A stretch of 64,000 nucleotides of DNA, from IMG/VR virus record IMGVR_UViG_3300037042_006682, positions 1 to 64,000 of that record. One strand, 5' to 3'. A program made the translations under genes and the position numbers. The notes beneath the pieces are model-generated. The model ran no database searches. It saw only the letters and a list, made by a program, of their open reading frames with translations, and was not told the DNA's origin. The stretch comes from a virus. Shown piece by piece: positions 1 to 9,042 of this stretch. How positions within the stretch are numbered: position 1 is the first letter of the stretch; every line of letters begins with the position of its first letter.

Positions 1-311
1 TCGTCCGCCAGGGCCTCCGCGTCCCGCAGGCGCCAGCGCGCCGTCCACCAGTAGCCCAGGGGGCTGCGCGTCCACCGCAGGAGGACCCACGGGGTCCCGC
101 CCGCCCAGCGGGGGGCCCGCACCGTGAGGCGCACCTCGCCCCCGCCCAGGCGCCCCCGGATCGGGGCCCGCAGCCGCCCCTGCACCCAGCCCGCCGTGCG
201 CTCCAGGGGCGCCGTCCACCGCGCAGGCGCATTGGGCCGCACGCGCCCCCCGTGCGTCAGCACGGTCAGCACGTGGTCCAGGGCCAGCTGCACGGCGTCA
301 TCGGGGGTCAT
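1..311 (-). CDS. Hypothetical protein, partial (runs off the window edge)
   Basis: ATG at 311 overlaps the stop of 308..712 (ATGA); manual translation MTPDDAVQLALDHVL... stays open to base 1. Confidence 0.55.
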   Translation of the reverse strand, partial: MTPDDAVQLALDHVLTVLTHGGRVRPNAPARWTAPLERTAGWVQGRLRAPIRGRLGGGEVRLTVRAPRWAGGTPWVLLRWTRSPLGYWWTARWRLRDAEALAD

Positions 312-712
312 CGGCGGCGCTTGTCCCGCATGCTATCCGGCGGCCAGTCCATGCGATCCGCCGGGTCGCTCGGCTGCTTGGGCTCCTCATGGCGCACGTC
401 CACCGGGATGCTCGCGCGCCCCGGCAGCGTGATGCGCTTGCCCAGCTGCCCGGCCAGCATCTTCTGGACCTTAGCCGCGGGGACGTCCGCGCGCTCCAGC
501 GCGGCGCGAATCTTCCCCTCGTCCACCGGCCACTGCTCGATGGCGCCCTCGTTGACGTCGTAGATTTCTTCGTCGCTCAGGTCGGCCACCCACCCCTCGT
601 CCGGGTCCAGCACAAAGGCCGTGACCTTGACCCGCGTGTGGCTCGTGACCGTCTCCATGCGCTCCCCGCGCCCCTCGACCAGCGCCCGCAGGCGGCTGCT
701 CAGCGTGCCCAT
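308..712 (-). CDS. Hypothetical protein with N-terminal LRALVE motif (candidate internal head protein)
   Basis: AAGGAGG RBS upstream; N-terminus MGTLSSRLRALVEG. Confidence 0.7.
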   Translation of the reverse strand: MGTLSSRLRALVEGRGERMETVTSHTRVKVTAFVLDPDEGWVADLSDEEIYDVNEGAIEQWPVDEGKIRAALERADVPAAKVQKMLAGQLGKRITLPGRASIPVDVRHEEPKQPSDPADRMDWPPDSMRDKRRR

Positions 713-725
713 CGTCGCCTCCTTG

Positions 726-1334
726 CTACATCCCGCGGCGGTCGCCCGCGGCGTTCTTGCCCGCCGTCGTCAGGCTCAGCGCCCCCGCCTTGTTCTTAGC
801 CAACATCTTCTTGGCCACCAGGGCATCGATCTCGTCCGATGTCACCTTGTTGTCCGCCAACAGCTCCTTCCGGTACGCCGACGTGAAGCCCATCATGGCC
901 AGGATGCGCGCCTCGCGCTCCGTCACGTCCGCGTTGCCCGGCAGCAGGGGCGCCAGCGCGCTCGGGTGCACGTAGATGCTCGCCGAGGTCCCGTGGTAGC
1001 CCGTGGTCCCCACGATCGCCGCCCCGTCCGGCGGCAAGGGGTAGCGCTCCTGCACGGTGTCGATCGACTGGCTCGTGAACATGTTGGCCCCGCCCCAGGA
1101 GCCCTCGGAGGCCTTGTAGACCCCGGTCGCCAGGTTGACGACCACGGCAAAGCCCTTCTGGCCGTCCCCCGCGTAGGGGTTCAGGTCGACATCCGTGCGC
1201 GCCGACACGTGGATGTCCCGGCGCCCGTAGCCCACGCTCTTCAGGGCCTTCTGCAGGGCCTCCGGCAGCTCCTTCACCGCCACCGCCGTGCCGCCGCTGA
1301 GTCCCTCTTCCAGTCGCCGCAACAACGCTCTCAT
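726..1334 (-). CDS. Hypothetical protein, possible C-terminal winged helix; N-terminus MRALLRRLEEG
   Basis: Start reassigned to ATG 1334 (GAGGAAGCC upstream, overlaps upstream stop); C-terminal LVAKKMLAKNKAGALSLTTAG is wHTH-like. Confidence 0.7.
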   Translation of the reverse strand: MRALLRRLEEGLSGGTAVAVKELPEALQKALKSVGYGRRDIHVSARTDVDLNPYAGDGQKGFAVVVNLATGVYKASEGSWGGANMFTSQSIDTVQERYPLPPDGAAIVGTTGYHGTSASIYVHPSALAPLLPGNADVTEREARILAMMGFTSAYRKELLADNKVTSDEIDALVAKKMLAKNKAGALSLTTAGKNAAGDRRGM

Positions 1335-1567
1335 GGCTTCCTCACCACGCGGTCCATCCGGCCGCGCTCCTTTAGCCCCGCCAGCATCTCGTCCTTCGCC
1401 GCCCCCACCCAGACCTGGCCCGTGCTCGGCGACCACAGGATCTCCTCGCCCGCCGCGTAGGCCCCGCCGCTCCCCGTGCCCGCGCGAGGCGCCGGCTTTA
1501 GCTCCAGGGGCAGACCCTCGCGGCGGACCCGGAAACCCTCCTCCAGGTGGGTCAGCAGGGCGCGCAT
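1331..1567 (-). CDS. Small hypothetical protein, paralogue of 1572..1844
   Basis: Start at ATG 1567 (MRALLTHLEEG); core GAYAAGEEILWSP aligns with GLAYKKGEEVLYYP of the neighbour. Confidence 0.65.
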   Translation of the reverse strand: MRALLTHLEEGFRVRREGLPLELKPAPRAGTGSGGAYAAGEEILWSPSTGQVWVGAAKDEMLAGLKERGRMDRVVRKP

Positions 1568-1571
1568 CGCC

Positions 1572-1844
1572 TCAGTAGCCCCCGCCCATGAAGGCCTCGT
1601 CGTCCCGCGCCGCCTGGAACTCGCGCCACGCCTTGTCCTTGTTGGCGCCCGCCAGGATGAGCTTGTCGTTGGGGTAGTAGAGGACCTCCTCGCCCTTCTT
1701 GTAGGCCAGGCCCTTGGCATCGGTCCCCGCAGCCTTCGCCTTCATCAGGTAGGGGTCACGCCCGCGCCCGCCGCTGCGCCCCCCCCACTCCACGATCGTC
1801 CGCAGGTCCGCGGCCAAGGCCCGTAGGTTCCGTGCCATCGTCAT
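1572..1844 (-). CDS. Small hypothetical protein, paralogue of 1331..1567
   Basis: AAGGAG RBS before ATG 1844; MTMARNLRALAADLRTIVEWG. Confidence 0.7.
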   Translation of the reverse strand: MTMARNLRALAADLRTIVEWGGRSGGRGRDPYLMKAKAAGTDAKGLAYKKGEEVLYYPNDKLILAGANKDKAWREFQAARDDEAFMGGGY

Positions 1845-1878
1845 CGCTCCTTGCGCATGCGCGTACGCAGCGCCGTTG

Positions 1879-2310
1879 TCACTTGTCCTCGACCAGCAGC
1901 CCCGGCTTGGGGCCGTCGACCACCGTGCGGTCCGCCGAGGGGCTGGCCTCACGGTCGGCCGCCTCCTGGTCCGCCACGTCCATGGCGCTCGTGTCCGCCC
2001 ACTGGGGCTGCGCCGCATCGGGGTCCCCCGCCGGCACCGCCGCGGGCGCCCGGCTGAGGGCCGCCGTGACCGCCGCCGCCACGGCCTCGCCCTGCTTGGC
2101 CGCCCGGCGCACCGCGATGGCCGCGCCCTGCTGCCCGTGGTCCGCGATGCCCTGCGCGAGGAGCCACGCCCCGACGAGCCCGAGGACCATCAGCATGATC
2201 TCCTCGTCGATGCGCTTCCCCGTCAGCGCGTTGGTCAGGTACGCCGCCACGCTGATGAGCATCACGATCAACTTCCGGCTCTCGATCTTCAGCTTCGCCA
2301 GCCACGTCAT
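1879..2310 (-). CDS. Holin-like membrane protein (2 TM helices)
   Basis: SRKLIVMLISVAAYL and IMLMVLGLVGAWLLAQGIAD hydrophobic segments, holin-like SRK...QG.AD pattern; GAGGTG RBS. Confidence 0.55.
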   Translation of the reverse strand: MTWLAKLKIESRKLIVMLISVAAYLTNALTGKRIDEEIMLMVLGLVGAWLLAQGIADHGQQGAAIAVRRAAKQGEAVAAAVTAALSRAPAAVPAGDPDAAQPQWADTSAMDVADQEAADREASPSADRTVVDGPKPGLLVEDK

Positions 2311-2318
2311 GGATCACC

Positions 2319-2996
2319 TCACGCAGTCTTGATGAGCGCCGCGATGCCCAACCCGATGGGCGCCGCCGCCGCCATCATATCCGACTTGCTGGCCCCCAGC
2401 ACGATCTCCTCGATCGCGTGGGGCTGCAGCTCCAGCTCCATCATGCTCACCTCGGCGCTGTTCGCGTCGAAGTCCGTCCCCGCCTTGTACCGCGTGGGGA
2501 GGCAGTCCCAGAGGACCCAGACGCGCCCCGGCACGAACGAGGCGCCCTCCCAGGTCTCCAGCGGGGCCGGGAGGTCGAGGTTGTAGCCCCCCGCCTCCTG
2601 GAAGGCGTTCACGCCCGTGTAGTGGATGAGGAGCAGGGTGCGCTGCACCATGTCGGAGCCGCGCATCGCCCGCTTCACCCAGTCGTACAGCGTGTCGTCG
2701 TTCATGCGGGCCCCGCGCGTCAGCGAGATCGGCCCGCAGCCGCCCCCCTCGTAGGCCACCGTGGTCCACATGGAGTTGAGCTGCTTGATCTCCCGCGTCT
2801 GCAGGGTGATCTCCGGGGCCGTGATGCTCGCGAACCCGTACATGGGCGAGCCCAACACAAAGAAAGGGAAGGTCGTCGAAGGGATCAGGTCCAGCAGCCA
2901 GAAGCGATGCGTCTGCAACAGGTCGAACATGCGACTCTTGCTGACCGCCTTAAGCGTACCTCGCACATCGCTAGCCGTCTTCCGCACATCGACCAC
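2319..2996 (-). CDS. Tail tube-like protein (gp19-fold paralogue; tube initiator/baseplate)
   Basis: GFASITAPEITLQTREIKQ...ISLTRG...LYDW...WVLWDCLPTRYKAGTDFDANSAEVSMMELEL parallels the adjacent tube protein. Confidence 0.8.
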   Translation of the reverse strand: MVDVRKTASDVRGTLKAVSKSRMFDLLQTHRFWLLDLIPSTTFPFFVLGSPMYGFASITAPEITLQTREIKQLNSMWTTVAYEGGGCGPISLTRGARMNDDTLYDWVKRAMRGSDMVQRTLLLIHYTGVNAFQEAGGYNLDLPAPLETWEGASFVPGRVWVLWDCLPTRYKAGTDFDANSAEVSMMELELQPHAIEEIVLGASKSDMMAAAAPIGLGIAALIKTA

Positions 2997-3045
2997 TGCC
3001 TACCTCATGGCCCGCACCCCCCCCGCCGCGGGGAGACCGCAGGGA

Positions 3046-3564
3046 TCAGACAGCTTCTCCGTTGATAAACAATTGGACCGACTCGACCGCAAGGCCGAAC
3101 TCCGCGATCGACACGTCCCCGCTCGTCGCATCCATGTCCGCCGCGATCTTCACGCGAATCGGCACGCACTCCCGGCAGATGTATGTACGCCACGCGTCAC
3201 TGGCGCCAACCAAGTTCCCTTTGAAGGCCTCTTCTCGTGAGAAGTGCAGGATTTGAAGGTCAGCGCGATACTCACCACCCTTCGCCGCATTCTGGCCCCA
3301 GCGCCAGAAGTCGCTGTCGGACGCCGTGACGCCACGGGTCATGGTGACCTCGCTGAACGTCGGGATGCCGCTGAACTTCTGCGTAAAGATCGTCGTGCCC
3401 TCGCGGTACTCCACGGCGTCCATCGTCAGCTCGGGGATGCTCAGCGTGTTGAAGCCCGCCTGGACCTTGAACGCATCCGGCATCGTCGCATAACCGTCCC
3501 CAGGGACAAGCTGCACATGATAGCGGAAATTCTGATAAAAATCTGTCGAGATTGCCCGTGACAT
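3046..3564 (-). CDS. Tail tube protein (T4 gp19-like)
   Basis: AGFNTLSIPELTMDAVEYREG...KFSGIPTFSEVTMTRG...FWRW...DMDATSGDVSIAE; downstream of sheath. Confidence 0.9.
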   Translation of the reverse strand: MSRAISTDFYQNFRYHVQLVPGDGYATMPDAFKVQAGFNTLSIPELTMDAVEYREGTTIFTQKFSGIPTFSEVTMTRGVTASDSDFWRWGQNAAKGGEYRADLQILHFSREEAFKGNLVGASDAWRTYICRECVPIRVKIAADMDATSGDVSIAEFGLAVESVQLFINGEAV

Positions 3565-3594
3565 GTCTGCTCCTTTTCGTGTCTAGCCCGGCCC

Positions 3595-4050
3595 TCAGCC
3601 CGGCAGCGTTTCCGTCCCGATGACGCCCGGCAGCGTCTGCGGCCAGCCCCTGAACGCGCACACCACCACGCGCCCCAGCGCGGTGCAGGCGAGCGAACTC
3701 TCCACCTTGAGCTTCCACCCCGGCGGCACAAAGACCCCGTTGCTGCCGAAGCGCAAGGAGCCCGTCCCCGCCGCGAGGCTCTCGACCTTGTAGACGTTGT
3801 TGGTGCCGTCCACGAGGCTCACCGTGATCGTCGGGGATCCCCCCGTGGGGAGGTTCCACGCCACGTACTCCACCCGCATGCCGACGCGCGCGTGAGCCGG
3901 GAAGAGCCCGCCCTTGGTCCCCGCCGTGAAGACCTGGATGCGCCCGCGCTCGATCGTCTCCTCCGAGCTGACGCCATCCGTGGCCGTCCCATCGATGTGG
4001 CCCGAGGTCGCCACCTCATGGATCTTCATCACCGCAAATACGTCCGTCAT
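3595..4050 (-). CDS. Hypothetical beta-rich structural protein
   Basis: Clean ORF between sheath and tube genes with RBS. Confidence 0.6.
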   Translation of the reverse strand: MTDVFAVMKIHEVATSGHIDGTATDGVSSEETIERGRIQVFTAGTKGGLFPAHARVGMRVEYVAWNLPTGGSPTITVSLVDGTNNVYKVESLAAGTGSLRFGSNGVFVPPGWKLKVESSLACTALGRVVVCAFRGWPQTLPGVIGTETLPG

Positions 4051-4052
4051 GG

Positions 4053-4955
4053 TTATGCCCTCACCGCCGCTGCCGCCATGTCGGCGACCTCGGCCCGTAG
4101 CTCGTCCACCGTGGTCGCCATGGCGTGGTGTTCATACCACCCGGCCTCCAGCCCCAGCGCCGCCATCTCGGCCGGCCCGATCAGCTTGAGCCGCGCGGCC
4201 TCGCGCGGGTACTGCGCCGCAAACGCCTTCACGCGCTCGATCGACACCGCATCCAACCACCCCTTCACCTCGTGGTACTCCTCGATCCCGTCGACCACCA
4301 CCACGAAGTCCGGGGTGTACTGCACGTGCTGCTCACCCGCGAGCTTGAAGCACCGCGCCTCGTACGCCCACTCGTAGCCCTCACGGTCCAGCCAGCCCGC
4401 GTAGAGCTGGTCCCACCGCGAGCCAAAGAACCAGGTGCGCCCCTGCGCGTCGACCGCGGCGGGGAGCCGCTTGCCCGGCGCCCGCGCCTTCGTGCCCGCC
4501 TCCTGAAGGCAGGATCTCACCACCTCACACGACACGCCGTACGCCCGCTCCAGATCCTGGAAGTTCTCGCCCGCGTGGTACCGGCGCACGAGGTCCGCCC
4601 GCTGCGCCACCGAGAGCTTGTGGCGCTTCACGTTCGCCCGCATCGTCACGCCACGTTGATTGAGGTACCGCAAGACGGTCGACTGTCCGATGCCCATCCG
4701 TTGCTGGATCTGCATCAAACTGAGTTCTTCATCAACGTAGAGCCGCGCCATCTCATCAATGGTCTCTTCCGAGGGCGAGTTGTGCGTCCGCGCCTTCCGC
4801 TGATCCAGCACTACACCGTTCCGCTTGAGCACGTTTCCGGCAGTCGCCACGCTTACTGAGAACCGATCCGCGATGGCCGCGACACGCCACCCCGCTGTAT
4901 GCGCCGCGACCATCGCCGCCTCTAATGCCGGTACTACTTTTTTTCCACGTTTCAA
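4053..4955 (-). CDS. Free-standing putative homing endonuclease: tandem HTH repeats + PD-(D/E)xK domain
   Basis: Three HTH-like units, then GSRWDQLYAGWLD...WAYE...YTPDF...YHEVKGW; AT-rich 5' end; inserted between sheath and tube genes. Confidence 0.75.
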   Translation of the reverse strand: MKRGKKVVPALEAAMVAAHTAGWRVAAIADRFSVSVATAGNVLKRNGVVLDQRKARTHNSPSEETIDEMARLYVDEELSLMQIQQRMGIGQSTVLRYLNQRGVTMRANVKRHKLSVAQRADLVRRYHAGENFQDLERAYGVSCEVVRSCLQEAGTKARAPGKRLPAAVDAQGRTWFFGSRWDQLYAGWLDREGYEWAYEARCFKLAGEQHVQYTPDFVVVVDGIEEYHEVKGWLDAVSIERVKAFAAQYPREAARLKLIGPAEMAALGLEAGWYEHHAMATTVDELRAEVADMAAAAVRA

Positions 4956-4997
4956 CCTTCAACCCTCCGTGGCAAAAAAACAACAACGATCACAACA

Positions 4998-7547
4998 TCA
5001 TACAAGCGCGCGCTGACTAAATCTGAAGACGATGAACTCCGCAGGCTTGTTCGGCGCGAGGCCCACGTCGACGAACATGATGCCCTGGTCCACGGTGTTC
5101 TGCGGGTTGTTGGTCCGGTCGCAGATCACGAAGAAAGCCTCCTTGGGCGAGGTCCCCGCGAAGTAGTTCTGCTGGAAGAGGCCAAGCAGGAACGTGTCAA
5201 GCTGGAGCTTCACGCGGCCCCAGAGCTGCGGACCGTTGTTCTCGAAGACGTGCACGTGGGTCGCGTTGAACACGCTCTTCTCCACGAACTGGAAGAGGCG
5301 CGTCATCTGGATGTAGGGCCACTCGCCGCCCGCGATGTCGAGGGTCTTGGCGCCCCAGATCACGCGGCCCGTCTGCGGCCAGCTCACGAGGCAGTTGAGC
5401 TTGTCCTGGTAGCAGATGCCCACCTGCAACGGGGTGAGGTCGCGCTCCAGGCCGATCTGCCAGCTCAGCGCGCCATCGCCCGTGCCGGCCGGCGCCTTGC
5501 CGACGTTCTTGTTGATGTCGGTCGTCGCGAAGCGCCCCGCCACGTGGCCGCCGCAGGGCAGGTTGATGGCCGCCTGGGTCACGGGGTCGGTCACGCGGAT
5601 GTGCGGGTAGTACACCGCAGCGTACTTCGTGAAGCGGCCCAGGGTGAACTTCTTCCAGTTCACGGCCTCCTGCGGTTCCAGGCCCTCCGGCGCGGTGAAG
5701 ATCGCGAACTTGTCCTTGCGGAGCATGGCGTAGTCGATGACGTCCGTGCAGACCAGCTCGTCGGTTTGGAAGTCAGCGACCACGACGCTCATCATCGCGT
5801 CCACCTGGTCGAGGGCGTAGAGGCCTTTGTAGTCCGCGACGAGCGTGGCGCCCGTCACGTCGCTGCGATCAAGGGCCGAGCCATCCGCGCCGTCGAAGAA
5901 CTGCACGACCACGGCCGCGCCGGGCTGCGTGTAGTAGGTCGCGGTCTGCGGCTTCGTGATCGGGGCCTGGGCGGGGTAGGTGTCCGCCGTGGGGCCCGCG
6001 GCCGGGTTGCCCGCGATCTTCCACGTCAGCGTGCAGGCGCCCGTGGTGTAGTCCACGCGGTTCGTGCCGTTGCTGTTGAGGGCGTAGGCGCCGCAGGGGC
6101 GCTGCAGGCTGAGGTTGCCGTTGCCATCGTCGATCACGACGGGGCCGTAGTAGAGCTGCGTGATGCGCACCGCTGCCACCCCGTCGAACGTATCGGCAAG
6201 CCCGCTCACGTCGAGGGCCAGGGCGCCCGTCAGGTAGTTCACGGTACCCACGGTGTCGCCCGTGCAGTTGCCGGCCACGACCACCTTGAGGTTGCCCGCG
6301 CCGTCGTCGCCCGCGATCTTGGCGCCGTCCCCGTCCAGGGTGAAGCTCACGAGCACGCCCGCCGCCACCGAGGTCTTCGCCGTTGAGGTGTTGAGGTGGA
6401 GCTGGGTCGGCGTCGCCGGGGTCCAGGCCCACGTGGTGTCCGTGATGAGCGGGATCGTCGTGATGATCGGCAGCGGGCTGTGCTTGAAGCCGAGCTGCAT
6501 CGCCAGGGTGGTCTTCGCCACCGAGGTGCCGATCTGGTACACGAACTCCTTGTTGGCGCCGTTGTAGGCCGGGGAGTTGCTGACGTCCCTGGCCGCATAG
6601 TGCGTGCCCGCCAGCTCCGGGGGCAGCTCGCGGTTGAAGGCCACGACCGCGGCGATGTCAGAACCCGCGCTGAGGTCGTTGAGCACCGTGGCGATGAACT
6701 GCGGGCTGCTCGCGTCATCGAGCACCACCCCCTGGTAGGTCTCGATGGTGTTCCAGCCCTGGATCTTCTCGACGTACTCGTCGATGGTCACGTCAAAGCG
6801 CGTGTAGCTCGCCGTCGCGGCCACGTAGTAGTCGGGGGTCCCGCTTACGACGGCACGATAGCTGTTGCCCGCGAGGCCCGGCCACTTCAGGTCGAAGCGG
6901 AAGGTCTCGTAGACCCAGCTCGCTGTGAGGAATTGGCCCGCGGGGAAGTCGGCTGGCGTGCCGAAGGTGAGGAACACCTCGCCGGTCTCGTAGTCGATCG
7001 AGCCCGTGGTGTCTACGCCATCATCGAACCCGCCCGTGCCCGTGATGGCGAAGGTGCCATCGCCGTTGTCGGTGAAGGTCCCGATCTTCGGCACGACCTC
7101 GCCGTCCGTCGTAGTCAGCACCAAGGAGACGGCCAGCGTGTAGGGGCTGGGGCCGTAGCTGCCGTGCGGGACCACGGGGGCCTTGGGCAAGCTGAAGCTA
7201 TAGCTCACCGCGCTGTCGCCCTCCACCACCTCCATGCCTTGGACGTCCTTGGTCAGGAAGCAACGCGCCTTCACGGCATCGGCCTCATGCACCACACGCA
7301 CGAAGTACAGGGTGGAACCGCCATTCTGGAAGAAGGCAAAGGCTTCCGTCGGGGCCAATGAGGCCGCCGTGAAGTCCCCGAACTTAGCCGTAAACTCCTG
7401 GAAGGAGGTCACGATGGTCGGTTTGTTCGTGGGGCCCTTCTTGGAGAACCCGATCAGGCCGAGGTTGCTGGTGCTCACGCCCTGGATGGGGCCCGGCCCA
7501 CTGCTGCGCTCCTCAATGTACACGCCCGGATAGTTACGCTCTGGCAT
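4998..7547 (-). CDS. Contractile tail sheath protein with large internal insertion
   Basis: N-term YPGVYIEE...FF.NGG...YFVRV; C-term YYP...GHVAG...IWGAKTL...VFENN...LW...AFFVICDRTNN...GLAPNKPAEFIVFRF. Confidence 0.95.
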   Translation of the reverse strand: MPERNYPGVYIEERSSGPGPIQGVSTSNLGLIGFSKKGPTNKPTIVTSFQEFTAKFGDFTAASLAPTEAFAFFQNGGSTLYFVRVVHEADAVKARCFLTKDVQGMEVVEGDSAVSYSFSLPKAPVVPHGSYGPSPYTLAVSLVLTTTDGEVVPKIGTFTDNGDGTFAITGTGGFDDGVDTTGSIDYETGEVFLTFGTPADFPAGQFLTASWVYETFRFDLKWPGLAGNSYRAVVSGTPDYYVAATASYTRFDVTIDEYVEKIQGWNTIETYQGVVLDDASSPQFIATVLNDLSAGSDIAAVVAFNRELPPELAGTHYAARDVSNSPAYNGANKEFVYQIGTSVAKTTLAMQLGFKHSPLPIITTIPLITDTTWAWTPATPTQLHLNTSTAKTSVAAGVLVSFTLDGDGAKIAGDDGAGNLKVVVAGNCTGDTVGTVNYLTGALALDVSGLADTFDGVAAVRITQLYYGPVVIDDGNGNLSLQRPCGAYALNSNGTNRVDYTTGACTLTWKIAGNPAAGPTADTYPAQAPITKPQTATYYTQPGAAVVVQFFDGADGSALDRSDVTGATLVADYKGLYALDQVDAMMSVVVADFQTDELVCTDVIDYAMLRKDKFAIFTAPEGLEPQEAVNWKKFTLGRFTKYAAVYYPHIRVTDPVTQAAINLPCGGHVAGRFATTDINKNVGKAPAGTGDGALSWQIGLERDLTPLQVGICYQDKLNCLVSWPQTGRVIWGAKTLDIAGGEWPYIQMTRLFQFVEKSVFNATHVHVFENNGPQLWGRVKLQLDTFLLGLFQQNYFAGTSPKEAFFVICDRTNNPQNTVDQGIMFVDVGLAPNKPAEFIVFRFSQRALV

Positions 7548-7632
7548 CTGTCGATCCCTCCGTCGCCCGCGCCGTCCGGGCGGGCCGTCTTGCTAGTTCC
7601 CCGCGCCTCACGCGCGCGCTGTTGCCCGTCGT

Positions 7633-8076
7633 CTACCGCTTGCGCCGCTGCCCCTCCTCGGGGCTCTCTGCCGCGTCCCCCACCTCCGCTGGCTGCTCCT
7701 GGTTCACCGTATCACCAGACAGCGGGGCAATCACCTTTTCCCCGGCCGCCACAGCTTGCTCTAGGGCCGTGGGCTCAACCACGCCCACGCTCACGGGGGG
7801 CAGATCGGGGTGGCGCGTAATGCCGCGCTCCGAGAAGTAGCCCGCGAACTTCGTGGGGGTCAGCGCCGTGCCGCCCCCCTCCACCTGCCTGGAGTGCACG
7901 CCGGGCTTCACATCCACAGGCTTGCCACAGGGGCGCAGGACCCCGCGCTTCACCATGGACTCCGTGCTCGGCACAAGCTGGTGGATCTCCACCTTGCCGT
8001 ACGGCGGCACCGCCACCGTGTTGCCCATCCCCGTCGCGACCGACTGCACCCGACTGCCCGTATAGAGGTACCACAT
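7633..8076 (-). CDS. Hypothetical protein
   Basis: ATG 8076 coupled to upstream TGA (MWYLYTGSRV...). Confidence 0.6.
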   Translation of the reverse strand: MWYLYTGSRVQSVATGMGNTVAVPPYGKVEIHQLVPSTESMVKRGVLRPCGKPVDVKPGVHSRQVEGGGTALTPTKFAGYFSERGITRHPDLPPVSVGVVEPTALEQAVAAGEKVIAPLSGDTVNQEQPAEVGDAAESPEEGQRRKR

Positions 8077-8792
8077 CAGAACTTCGCTCCTTGCCCGCCC
8101 GCCGCAGGCCGGTAGTTGTACATCGCCAAGTCCACGACCTGCAGCGCCGGCCAGGTCTCCGACTCGCAGAGGTCGATCTCCGCCCGCACCGTCCAGGACA
8201 CCGTGAAGCCCACCGCGCGGTTCGCGATGTCCGTGAGGTCGGACACGTCCGAGATGTTTAGGTCGCCCGTGTCGTAGTGCCGCACATCGCCCTTGCTGTC
8301 GACAACTGACAGGGCAAACCACGGCGGCTTGCACGCCCGCAGGATCTGCATGAGCATCCGCGTGGCGTCCGTGCGCAAGCGCGCAAAGCCCTGCACGTCA
8401 TAGGCAAAGTTTAGGGGGTGCGCGTTCCAGCGCTCCGCGTACTGGTCGAAGCCACGCTCCCCCGTGGGGAGGACCACGGGACGCGCCCCCGGCGCCGCAA
8501 TGCGCTCGGTGCCGTACCACGGCGCCCGATCGTAGGCCACGTCCATGTTGTTGCGCTTGATCACGTATGACGGCAAGAGGTGGTGCTGGTAGGCGTCATC
8601 GGGCGCCCCCCAGTAGATAGGCACGCGCCCCCCGAGGTAGGCGAGGTCCGTGGGGAGGTCGCGCACGGCCACCGCGTAGGCCTGGCGCTGCGTGCCATCC
8701 ACGGCATAGCTCACCAGCTCGCCGCCGAAGGCCCGCATCACGCCCTCATCAAAGGCGCGGATGCCCACGGTGCTAAACGCGCTCTCGCCCAC
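8076..8792 (-). CDS. Putative tail terminator/completion protein (gp15-like position)
   Basis: GAGGAG RBS; RVPIYWGAP...LPSYVIKR...PLNFAYDV...FTVSWTVRAEID; position upstream of sheath. Confidence 0.55.
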   Translation of the reverse strand: MGESAFSTVGIRAFDEGVMRAFGGELVSYAVDGTQRQAYAVAVRDLPTDLAYLGGRVPIYWGAPDDAYQHHLLPSYVIKRNNMDVAYDRAPWYGTERIAAPGARPVVLPTGERGFDQYAERWNAHPLNFAYDVQGFARLRTDATRMLMQILRACKPPWFALSVVDSKGDVRHYDTGDLNISDVSDLTDIANRAVGFTVSWTVRAEIDLCESETWPALQVVDLAMYNYRPAAGGQGAKF

Positions 8793-8832
8793 CTTAACTC
8801 CTCACCGCGGGCCGCGCATGCGCGTGCGCAGC

Positions 8833-9003
8833 CTACTCGTCGTCCTCGTCCTCGTCTTCATCCTCGTCCTCGTCCTCATCCTCGTCCCCCTCCTCGCCGG
8901 TCGCCACCGCGAGCGCCGTCTGCAACGCGCCGTTCTGGCGCCGCAGCAACTCCGTCTCGATGTCCCCGAGCGTGCGATTCAACTGATCCAACTTGTTCGG
9001 CAT
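8833..9003 (-). CDS. Small protein with (DE)n acidic tail
   Basis: AAGGAG RBS; MPNKLDQLN...GEEGDEDEDEDEDEDEDEDDE. Confidence 0.65.
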   Translation of the reverse strand: MPNKLDQLNRTLGDIETELLRRQNGALQTALAVATGEEGDEDEDEDEDEDEDEDDE

Positions 9004-9042
9004 GATGCGCTCCTTGGCTGTGCAACTCGACAACAGTCCGCG

